Assembly: GCA_964035545.1 (NCBI GenBank)
Contig: CAXIUT010000169.1
Span: 1-37,004 of the forward strand
Source of the DNA: Bugula neritina
Lineage: Eukaryota > Animalia > Bryozoa
Direction: 5' to 3'
DNA length: 37,004 nucleotides
Position 1 is the first letter of the stretch, and the number at the start of each line of letters is the position of its first letter. Both the position numbers and the translations under genes were made by a program. Under the pieces are notes generated by a model, which was given only the letters and a program-made list of their open reading frames with translations, was not told the origin of the DNA and searched no databases. Of this stretch, positions 1 through 14,028 are shown one piece after another.

Positions 1-70
1 CCCAACCCCAACCCCAACCCCAACCCCAACCCCAACCCCAACCCCAACCCCAACCCCAACCCCAACCCCA
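1..70. repeat. Left telomere (CCCCAA)n
   Basis: Perfect C4A2 repeats at the 5' end, beginning 5'-CCCAA; same repeat as Tetrahymena. Confidence 0.98.
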
Positions 71-192
71 TTAAGAGTGCTAAAGTCTTTCAGTTAAATC
101 GAGATTTAGGCACAATAACTGATTTTTCAATATCAACCCATTTTAATAATAATAAAAAAATATCTATCAATCATTATTTTTGTAGAAGTCAG

Positions 193-2005
193 TCAAACAT
201 GCTTTTACAACTCACTGCAAAGATTTTACCAATATATCATTGGAAAACGTATCTACATGGCTAACCTATCAGTCTAATAATTAGCTATTGTATATTAAGG
301 AAGAATATGAGCCATACTGACTAGACTTGATGTAGAAGATTTTCTTGTCATTGACAAGTGACCATTCATTTATTTTTTAAGTGCTTTGATCAAAGGCTGA
401 GGAGAATTATCTTTTAGAAATAGATTTAGGTTTGATTTATTATCATTAATAAGACAGCAAAAAGTTGGTATGTATACATCTCTAAGATATGAATCCATGA
501 TGTATTGTACGGGTAGATTGAAAATTTCTTAGAGTAATCCGGCTTCAAAAAGTTTTTTTTAACTGATTCGATCATCGAATGAGAGGTATCCTAAAAGAAT
601 AATCAGCTCATTTAACAAGGATCTAGCATGTCCATTTTAATTATACTATTCCATCTATCTTTTACAGTATCTAATCAAAGTACAAAAAGGACCAATAACA
701 GAATTGATAAGTCCTTCACATTTACTATCGGATACTATCTTTCGAAAAGATGGAAGAGATCCTTCGCAGCAGCAATTAAGAATCTTAAGAGTGAGACCCA
801 TACAACACTAAGTAGCGATTGGATAGCTATCAGGAAGGAGTTATCCTGTCGGTACACTTTAAGTTTCTTTAAGTTGGATAAAATAGCTGAGTAAAAAGGG
901 AACAATAAATTAAACTAACTTAAAAAGATAACCTTGATTTGAATATTATTTGATTGACTAGTTTGGGAGAGAGTAGTCAGGTTGAAGTTTCGGGCATGCT
1001 CTTCTCATGACAAATAACATGAACCTTAGCAATTATAGAGTTGTTTCAGTTTAAATAATAGTTTCTTCTTGAATAAATTGCTAGCAAAGAGGATTTTTTA
1101 TTTTTTTGAATATTTGCGAACAAAGGATAAGCTCTACTGTGGTTTCTGTAATAGAATGGATGCCTTCTTCTATATGAGAGAATCGATACCTTTTGATTTA
1201 TGCAAAAGCAGGGAATTGATTATTTTGAATGTGAGATATTGAATATTGATATATGACTGTGAGGAAACTTTCTTTTATTCTCTTCCTAAAATCCAATTTC
1301 CAAAAGAAACTAATCCATTTAGTCTGTTTGTCAAAATCAAATAATCTCTGTTCGTTCCTACAGAGGCAAACGTATGAAGCACTTTGAAACCTAGCTAATC
1401 ATGATCGTACATAGCTCAAGACCTCTTAAAAGTTGAGTGAACTCAGCTTTATGCAGGCTGGGCACTTTGGGTAATAGTTCAAATAGTGCTGGAATGAAAC
1501 GTGACTGTCTTAACAGATGAAGATCTAATTCCTTTTTAGCTTCTACCAACTTGTTGATATCTCTCGATATGATTTCGATTGCCTAGTAGTCTCTATTTTG
1601 AAACTTGGTTTGCTTTTCTAGGTCGAGAGTCAGTTTCATTATCCGTTGTTTTTTTGTGCTGCTGATTTCTTTGCTGGCAAGACACTTATCATCATGTTGC
1701 AAACCCATGTTATTGAGTTTTTGTCTAAGTTTACGATACTTGAGTTTGGTGTCTGCTTTTGTGGGTTCTTATTCTAGCAACAGTTAGTGTTTGGGATCTA
1801 AAAGTTATGTTTGTTCGATTGTTAGTTCAGAGCTGGCTTCAGTGCAGGTCTGGTTGTCTTCTTTGAGACTATCAGGAGGAGTATTTCTGTTTTTGGAAAC
1901 CTACATCAATAAGATGATATTTTTACAATTAAATTTGAATTCAAAGATCTACTCGTCATCATCATCAAATATTCTTTAATCAATAGCGTTACTTAAACTA
2001 TTCAT
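193..2005 (-). CDS. SCAPER C-terminal-like helical protein
   Basis: Open in the UAR=Glu code after removing 20-nt introns 1391-1410 and 1170-1189. Motifs NRDYLILTNRL, LLNELIILLGYLS, IFNLPVQYI..VYIPTF and RFPMIYWE resemble the SCAPER C-terminal region. Confidence 0.7.
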
Positions 2006-2224
2006 AAATTAAATACTTTTCTTTAAAATTATCTTAAAAGAATCAAACTCGAAAATCTGATGTAAAAATATATAATATTTCAAGATTCGATTAAATGCAT
2101 ATTTCAATGAGTTTTTATTGATTTTTTAAAGCTATGACTGATAGTTTGATAATATACACATAATAACAATAGAGATTTATAAATGGTAGTTATTCAATTG
2201 TTAAGATATAAATATCTGTATGAC

Positions 2225-3941
2225 TCATAATCCTTTCAGACTAATATCTTCAAATACTATTTCTTGTCCTTTACTTAATCTGGATTCCATATACTCTGAA
2301 AGTTTCTCTAATCCATCTCTTACATCTTTCACACCTTCAGTTGTTAACTTTTTCATGACAGGGATCAAATTCAGCAAAGAGATATCTTCTGGTTGACCTG
2401 TCCAAGTAGAGATAGCTATTCCATTTCTAGGTTGGGTTTTGAAGTTGGAGGCAATATTATCGATAATTATCGATTTGCTAAGATCTCTACCAATCATGGC
2501 CATATCTTTGATACTAACATAGTCTTCTATCCTAGTGTGTTATCTGTAGAGTCGATATGTGATTCTTTTTTGAGGATCAATTGAATCAAGGATATTATCA
2601 GCATATTCTTTGACTGCAGCTGTAAAAATAACTACTTCATAGTGTTTGCTCATTTAATCGAGGAATTATTGACAATATGGTCTAATTAGAAAAACTGGCT
2701 TCGAATTATGCATTTATTTTGTGTGGATAAGAGTTTCGTCCATATCAAGGACTAAAGTATACTTTTCTTATTCAAGAGGTGGTAAAAAAGGTGGTTTTGG
2801 CTTGGCTTGCATCTGTTGAACAGAGCTGGTAAGAATGCTGTCAAGGGAAACAAGCATCATTCCAATCTATTTTACTTTATCAAAGAGGTCACTTTCGGTG
2901 TTATTGAGAATTTAGAAGATAAATGTTCTTAGAGATTCGAACCCACAGTTAAGAACTATAGATTTAATAATTTAGATAATAGAAGAATTATTTTTTGCAA
3001 CTAAGTTCATTTTATCTTCGCAATGCTTTATTTTTCTTCTGTCTTAGTTAAATCTAAGAGTATTGTAGACATGAAATTGAGAAGAAATTGAGAATTTTTC
3101 TATATCAACTATCTCCATTAGTAACTATCTTAGAATATTTTTACATCAAGGATAATCAAATTATTAGTATGGAGATATCCAGTGAGTGATTGAAGAAGAT
3201 AATGAGCTTATTGTTGAATTTAAGCATCAGTTCCAAGAATTAGAAAAACATAGAAACCTAGCTTTTATAGAAAAAGAGCATATAAATAATCTTTATTTCT
3301 TTGTAGGACTGTAGCAATATACATATATGAATCTTCATCACTATTTTAATTGTAAAATTTGCAGAAACCAGCCATTTCTTCTTTTACTCTTTCTGTCTAA
3401 ATAAATAATCCAGTACTGTGTTGCATATATAATAGAGGAGTTCCTCAACTATAAAAAGTTTAACAAAATCTACTTTTTGAAGTTCATCTGGGTGTGCATA
3501 CTGGGCTGTAATATGTTTTTATTGGACTCTTTTTTTTTCAGGTTTAGGTTTTTTTGATGGACTCATACTTAGATTATTCGCTGCTATGACGGCTTGTTTC
3601 ATTTTAGGAGCTCCATACTCAACTAAACTACTGAGCATGTTGATTTGGTTGATTTTTTTAGCAGGTTTGGGAGTCATATTTTTGAGAAGGAGTAGTTTAG
3701 ATTATCTCATATCGTCATGAGAATGTTATTTGTATTCTTCTAATTCTTGTCGTTTGGTTATTTGTGCATACTATTTTTATATTTTATTAATTTTCGATAT
3801 ATCTATCAATGCTATGTGCTTCTGGCGATTGATTTTCTCAAGTTTGAGGCTTTTATTGATCGCATTATTCGACCCGAAATTTATTCTTTCTTTAATAAGA
3901 GGCAATTTAAGGGCTTTATTTCGATTACGGACCTATTTCAT
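2225..3941 (-). CDS. FCP1/SCP-family (NLI-interacting factor) CTD-like phosphatase
   Basis: YTLVLDMDETLIH (DxDxT), IRPYCQEFLDEMSKHYEVVIFTAA, GRDLSKSIIIDN; 20-nt introns 3397-3416 and 3125-3144. Confidence 0.92.
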
Positions 3942-4063
3942 ATTTATTTATTAAATAAATAAAGTTACATTTGGACTTATAAATATAAAAGTTGGAGCAA
4001 CTTAAAAAAATGAGAAATGACATTAAGTAGAAGCAATTCAAATGATTTACAATATTAAGTAAG

Positions 4064-5512
4064 ATGGGTGCAAGTACTGAAAACATTTGTGGTGAGTGTT
4101 AAAAGTAATATTCTCCACAGTGTAAGGAAAAGACATACTTATCGAGTGTTCATGGAACTATTTTCGCTTGTGCTAAATAAAAATTACTTTAAAGGTTATA
4201 TAAAAAATAGTTAATTGAGTGTTCATTGTGTTTCAAGAAGTAGAATAATGAGAATATTTATTTTGATTTTCATTGCTAAAAGAAAATATGCCGTGATCAT
4301 TTCAAAAATATAAAAAATCAATAAACTAACATGAAGTTGCCTTGTGGATGTACTGAATCTGGAGAACAAATCATTAACTTTATGAAAAATTTCTGTCAAG
4401 GCTGTTTTAGAAGAAATATGAATCAAGGGTTTTAATTAGAACTTTGTAAATATTGTAGTATTAAAGAAACCCCTCATGAAACAAAAATTTAGGAAAAAAA
4501 AATTCATAAATCAAAAGATAAAGAAAGATAATAGAACGAAAAAACAAAATAAACTCCAAAATAATTATAAAAAAGGGATTATAAATTGAGAAGATAAAAA
4601 AGGGAAGTAGTCAAACAATAATAATTTTCATAATCATAATAATAATAATAAAGATAATATTAAATATCTAAAGAAATAAAACAAAACTCTCATAAAAGAT
4701 CTTTATAAAATTAAAATTATTCGAAATAATAAAATTAAAAATATCGAGATAAAGAGAAAAAATTCAAAGAAATTATAAAATAATTAACTTATAAATTATA
4801 AAAAGCTCAATATTAAAGAAATAAGATCTCTTAGAAGTTAGAAATATCTTGTTCAACTCGTAAACAAATAAAATTAACATTATTAACCCCTAATAATGAT
4901 AATTAGTGTCCTATCTGTATTGAAAAATATGATCTTAATACAAGACAACCTATAATGGTCTGCTGTAAGCAGCATCTCGTCTGTAGTAGCTGTTTTAAAC
5001 ATTAAAGAACAATAAGAACTTGTCCATTATGTAGAGAAAGTATTCCAAGAGATAAAGTTGCTGTGAGTAGATAAAAACTAAAAATTTTATAACTTGAGAA
5101 ACTAATAGGAATTAAATATTAATAAAGATTAAATCAATATAGATTAAATAAAAGAAATTTAAAAGAACTAGAAAATAATTTTTAAGTTAAATAAACTCAA
5201 ACTGATTAGAATTAATCAAAAGATAAATAAATAAAATAATAATAATAAGGTACCTATTCAACTTATTTTCATTTTAAAATTCCTACTTATAAACCGCTTT
5301 CATAAAGATTTGTTCAATCAAATGAAACTATTACAAGAGATATTCTTCATACAGCAAGAAATTTCCCAATTCCAACAGCTAGAAGAACTACTCTAATTCA
5401 GAAACCTTTTGAAAAGAATTCTTAACCTAAAACTCGGAGGGCTACAGCGCGAAAGTCTTCCTCTAATGTTGAGCCAACAGTTGAAAAGAATCGAAAGAAA
5501 GGTAAAAAATGA
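4064..5512 (+). CDS. RING-finger protein with Cys-rich N-terminal domain (paralog A)
   Basis: ATG 4064 to TGA 5510-5512 in one frame; RING CPICIEKY..MVCCKQHLVCSSC..CPLCRE near 4907-5040. Confidence 0.85.
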
Positions 5513-5612
5513 TTATGTATCATATTGATCTTTTCTATTATTATTCAATGTTATTCAACATATAAATGCTTATTATAAATATTATTTGATTACTTAAATT
5601 AAGACTCAACTA

Positions 5613-6686
5613 ATGTAGACAAATTGTGGCGAATGCAATAAACCTTTCAGTGAATCTTGTTAAAGTCAATTCGACTGCCATTTTCACGGGGATAAATGTT
5701 TCTCTTGTAAACCCTGCAGAACTTAATCTTTTATTAAAGTAGGTACAGAAAAATTTTGCTCTATATGCCCGCGTTTTTGTTAGAAAGAAGATCTCTTCTA
5801 TGATTTTCTATGCTAGAAGTATATGTGTATCAAACATTTCTCACAAATAGACTTAAAATAAAAATAGGTTAAATTACCTTGTGGGTGCAAGCAAAGTGTT
5901 GAAGATGTTAAGTGGTATTTAGCTAATTTTTGCTATATTTGTACTCGGAAGCAAGGAAAAGGACAATTTGAAGTGGGAATATGTTTGGTTTGTCGAAAAA
6001 ATGAAGATAAAAAAGAAGCGGTTTTTGATGTTATTTCTAAAAATGTACCTCATTATGATAAAAATGGCGATAAATCATACAGTGAAAGTCGAAAAGAATT
6101 CGAAAATTATAATTAAAACTAAGTTGTATAGAATTACGATTCAAAATAGTCAGCACATAAAATAATACAAGTTTTACAGAAGGATAATATTAGCCTAAAC
6201 TATCGTTTAAACTATTTCTAAGAAAAATATATAAAATTTAGATAAATTACTCTTTAAACTTCTCGAGAGAATTTTTGTCCAATATGCTTGATGGAATATA
6301 ATCCAATTACTCAGCGACCAATGATGATCTGTCTTCAACAACATAGTATCTGTGAAAAATGTTTACCGTCTTATAAAGAATGTTATTACTGCAAAACTCC
6401 TTTTAATCCTACAACTACAAGGGTTTTTCAATAAAAAAATCTTCTTTTGTAAATTTAAAGAGTTTTTGCAAATAAACATAGTGAATTTAATTAATAAAAT
6501 TAATAAATAGAGAAAAAAAATATAAAATAATAGATTTTCTAGAATTCAGAATAAATTTACAAGAAGTTTATTTAAAAATAAGTACAAACTGATGTAAATC
6601 AAAATCCTTTCGTATCAATTCAAGAAAAAGGAAAAAGGGGTAGGAAGATAGTTCCTGATGCTGGAGGTAAAAAGGTAAAAAAGTGA
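5613..6686 (+). CDS. RING-finger protein with Cys-rich N-terminal domain (paralog B)
   Basis: ATG 5613 to TGA 6684-6686; RING CPICLMEY..MICLQQHSICEKC..CYYC; N-terminal Cys pattern matches the upstream gene. Confidence 0.85.
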
Positions 6687-6753
6687 AAATGATTAAATAA
6701 TAATAATTTTTAATTTTATATATTTAAATTTTAGAAGATAATATTGATTTCAA

Positions 6754-10017
<3,264 letters not shown>

Positions 10018-10140
10018 GCTCTTATAAACAATATCTAAAATATATATTGATATAGTAATTAATTTATACTTTTGATCAAAATAAACTTTACTTTTTATCC
10101 TGATTAACATTTTTATAAGATATAATTTCATGTAGAAACA

Positions 10141-11430
10141 TCATAATTCTGTTTTTGATGGGTCATTTTTATGTTTTTTCTTTTTTTATGTGCTTTTTTT
10201 TTTCTCAACCTTTGAAGATACCTTTTATTTAACTTCTTTCTTTATAGTTTACTAATCTTTTATTTCTTACTATCTTTAATTTTAAACAGGTTAATTGATT
10301 TATATTGCCTCATTCATATTAGATTCTTTTGTTTATTCAGGACTACTAACAACTACTTCTTCTTTATCATTATTTTCTTCTTCTGGATTACCTTCCTTAA
10401 TCAATTCTACTTCATTTTCTTAAATATTGTTTTATTCTTATGAAGTAGAAGTAACTTGTATATCAACGTTTTATGCTTACTCAAGTTTATTTTATATGAC
10501 CTAAGTTTCTTCATTTTATGAAACTTATTTCTATATTTTAGTTACTTCAGGCTATTTTATTTTTTATTTTTATTTATTTTTCTCTGATTTGTTAATTTGA
10601 GATTTATTTTATTTTTTAGAAACTTTTTTTACTTTTATTTATTAATGTGGTTTATTTTCAACAATTTGTTCTTCTTTTTGAACAATTTATATAACTTTTT
10701 GTGGTTGAGAAGAATCTTTATCAGCTTAAGATTTATTCTGTTTTTTTAATGATTTTTTTACTTTTTATGATTTAATCCTCTCCTATTTAATTGGTTTAGA
10801 AACTTTTTATACATTTTTTACTTACTTTTAAATTTTGTCTTGTTTTATCACTTTTTTAGTTGTAGATTTTTATTTAAGAGTCTAAACTGGTTGCTTCACA
10901 GATTTTGATGCCTTTACCTATTTAGAGGGTTTTTTCTTTTGAACTTTTGATTTTGGTTAAGGTTAAGGTTAAGATTTTATTTTATTTTCAACTTTTTCTT
11001 ATTCTTCAATCTATTTTTAAACTTAAACTTTCTTTTTAGATTTTTAAGTTTTTAACTTTGTTTTGGCTTTAGATTTTACAGCTTATTTTTTTACAGGAAT
11101 CACTTTCTCTGATTTTTTAGTCTTCTTTTTAGTTTTAACTGATTTAACTTATTCTTATTCTTCATCTTATTCTTCCTCTTAAATGATTTTTTTCTTCTTT
11201 TTATCATTCTTTACACTTTTACTTGCTTTGTTTTTCTGTTTTTTTTATTTCACAGGTTTCTCTATCTATGTTTCCGTTTCTTAGATATTTTCAGAAACAG
11301 CATCTTCAACAGGAGTTTATGCAGAGACTGAATCATTAGATGCGAAAGCTTTTTAAGTGGCTCTGATGCTAATAAGGAAAAAGGTAACAACAACTGCTAC
11401 AATGACAACAATAGTTCTTCTGCTTATCAT
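10141..11430 (-). CDS. Lys/Glu-rich low-complexity protein with N-terminal signal/anchor and C-terminal KTEL
   Basis: MISRRTIVVIVAVVVTFFLISIRA...; ends DPSKTEL-TGA in the same frame. Confidence 0.75.
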
Positions 11431-11494
11431 GATATTTTATAGTTTATTAATATCTTTGTTTTTTGATTAAAATTAATAAAATATAGCTCTCTTA

Positions 11495-12274
11495 TCAATA
11501 GAAAAGAAATAGATTTTAAGATCTATAGTTTTCTTTATTTTCATTAATGTTATTTCTTTCAATGAGAAGAACATCTAATTTTGAGCCTTGAAGTAATTTC
11601 TTTAAACCATTATCTGTTATTTCATTTCGAGCTAAATAATCATCTCTATACATAATTTCAGGAAACAAAGCGTGCTATTATTTAATTGATTTAAAGTAGC
11701 AACAGAATCATCGTTAAGTTTATTTCCTCCAAGACTGAGGCATTAGATACTCTATAGTTTTCCATATAGAGCTTTCAAACTATCAGAAGAAATAGAATTA
11801 TCGTCTAAATATCGTAAAATAAACTTAGAGAAAGATCTTCTAAAAGAGAAAGATCTGCGCTTGATAGTGCTTTGAGTCCAGTATCTTTGATTTTGTTCTT
11901 ATTAATTGAAAGTTCAAGCAGAGATTCAAAAATTTTAGAACTAGCTAGTACTCTACAACCCATTGGTCCTATTTAGTTATCATCTATATCAAATTTATTT
12001 TACTTAAATTCAATGTGCTTAGAAAAGGAAGGTTTAAGTTAGTAATTTATTTGAGGCTTTAATGATTAATTCCACATTTTTAGAGCGAGAGGGATTTAAT
12101 TTTTGATAAATCTAGATTGTTCAACTTGAAAGTATCGTTAAGAGTGATAGGATGATTTTCTAGATAGATGAACAAGGTACTGATTTGTATTTTATGAGTG
12201 GGAATTTGGGTAACAACGAGGTCATTAATATCGCTATGAGGATTGCTGACAGAAGAAATTTAATTTCCGCACAT
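11495..12274 (-). CDS. Leucine-rich-repeat protein (RNI-like)
   Basis: Repeats such as LNLNDNEIGPMGCRVL, LSINKNKIKDTGLKAL, LGGNKLNDDS; phase-1 20-nt introns 11984-12003, 11805-11824, 11632-11651; possible 21-nt intron 12160-12180. Confidence 0.85.
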
Positions 12275-12402
12275 ATATTCTATATTTCAAATATTATAAC
12301 TTGAGTGAATTTAATCATAGAAAAACATGATTCTGATTTCAAAATTTATTAAAAGCAGTTTTATTAAAAATTTATTTGAGAGCTTAGTTTGATTAAACAT
12401 AG

Positions 12403-13065
12403 ATGATGAGTTATCTAAAAGTAGATATAATGATTTCTGATGTAGTATATTAAAATTATTTTAGATGATGATATTTATTCTGTTAAAACATAACATCTTC
12501 TATAATATTTATTTGGACCCACTGTCTAAATTTTACAATTCTGGCCATATAAATAGATAAAGTATAAACCAACTAATCATAAGTTTTAACTAGTAGCAGT
12601 TCAACTGTGCTCCAATTTTTAGACAAAAAACATAAATCACTTTCAGCTGATAATGTTTCAGTCTATACAACTGATATCTCATAAAAAACATAAAGAAATG
12701 ATCGTATTCGTCCTAACTTTAACTTTGTTATTGATTCTTTTATTATTGGATAACATGTAGAGTACAATGTAGTTATGATCGAAAAATATCAAGTTTTGGG
12801 AAGAAAACTTGCCAATCAATATTCTTTTAAAACAAGATATTCCATGCTTGAAGTATTGGATAAAAAACTTGGAGGCATGGAGTTTCCAGGTAAAAAGTTT
12901 TTTGGAAATAAAGACCCTTCTTTTATCAAAAAACGGCAAATTGATTTGTAAAATTACTTGAACAGAATAGCTCGTTCAGGAAAACCATAGTTTTATAAAT
13001 TTGTTAAACAAATCAAATATAGTGAATTCAATCTTTCTCTAAAGGAGAAATTCTCTATTGAATGA
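12403..13065 (+). CDS. PX (phox homology) domain protein; 5' structure uncertain
   Basis: HVEYNV..KTRYSML..FPGKKFFGNKDPSFIKKRQIDLENYL; TGA 13063-13065; probable introns 12445-12464 (20 nt) and 12562-12583 (22 nt). Confidence 0.75.
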
Positions 13066-13153
13066 TCATCATACCATATATTTTTTATTCATCTTTATAA
13101 AAGAAATTCATAAGCTATTTTATTTTTAGTTATTCTTTCATTTATCTATTTAA

Positions 13154-13814
13154 TCATAGTTCTCTGAAATAGTCTTTTGATTTGTCTTGGTCAGGAATGA
13201 TAGTTTTGGATCCAGGTTTCCATCCAGATGGACAAACTACTCCATGTTTATCAGCATGTTGGAATGCCTGAATGATTCTCAATGTTTAATCTACGTTTCT
13301 GCCCACTTGTTCGTCGTTAATAGTGATGGATCGAATAGTTCCTTTTCCATCAATAATGAATAATCCTCTAAGAGTAGCTCCATTGAGAGGGTCTTATTTA
13401 TTTTATACAAGGACTCCATAATTTTTTGATATTTATTTAGTTATGTCAGCTACTAGTGGGATATCCAGGACTCCTAATCCTCCTTATTCTCTGGCTGTTT
13501 TTCTCCATGCCAGATGCGAAAAATGTGAGTCAACAGAAACAGCTAAGACTTCAGCTCCAATTTCTATTTAAACAAAAGATACTTTTGAATTATTCTGCTT
13601 TGTCTCCATAGCTGATAATTTATGTTGGGCAGACATATGTGAAGTCAAAAGGATAGAAGAGTAAAACTAAATATTTCCCAGCATAGTCCTAAAGAGCTAT
13701 TTATTTAAAGGATTGGTTGGGCATGACTGCAATTGCTTCAAAGCTCGGAGCTTTTTCTCTCGGCATGAGGGCGAGGATAGAGACCAAGAAGAAAAGGAAT
13801 AAAAGATATTTCAT
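13154..13814 (-). CDS. Typical 2-Cys peroxiredoxin with signal peptide (Prx4-like)
   Basis: Hydrophobic leader; [44 protein letters not shown]; 19-nt intron 13564-13582; ends YFREL. Confidence 0.96.
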
Positions 13815-13952
13815 AGTTATATGTTTAATTATCAAATAATAAGTAAAATAATTTAAATATGAAAATAGTTGATGATATTTAAAAGAAACAAATGGATGAT
13901 TAGATAATAATTTAATAATCTGGAATCAAGATATTATAAGTTAGTTTTTTAA

Positions 13953-14028
13953 GGGGGTTGGGGTTGGGGTTGGGGTTGGGGTTGGGGTTGGGGTTGGGGT
14001 TGGGGTTGGGGTTGGGGTTGGGGTTGGG
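13953..14028. repeat. Internal telomeric array 1 (TTGGGG)n
   Basis: 76 bp of G4T2; starts with G5, ends TTGGG. Confidence 0.97.
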
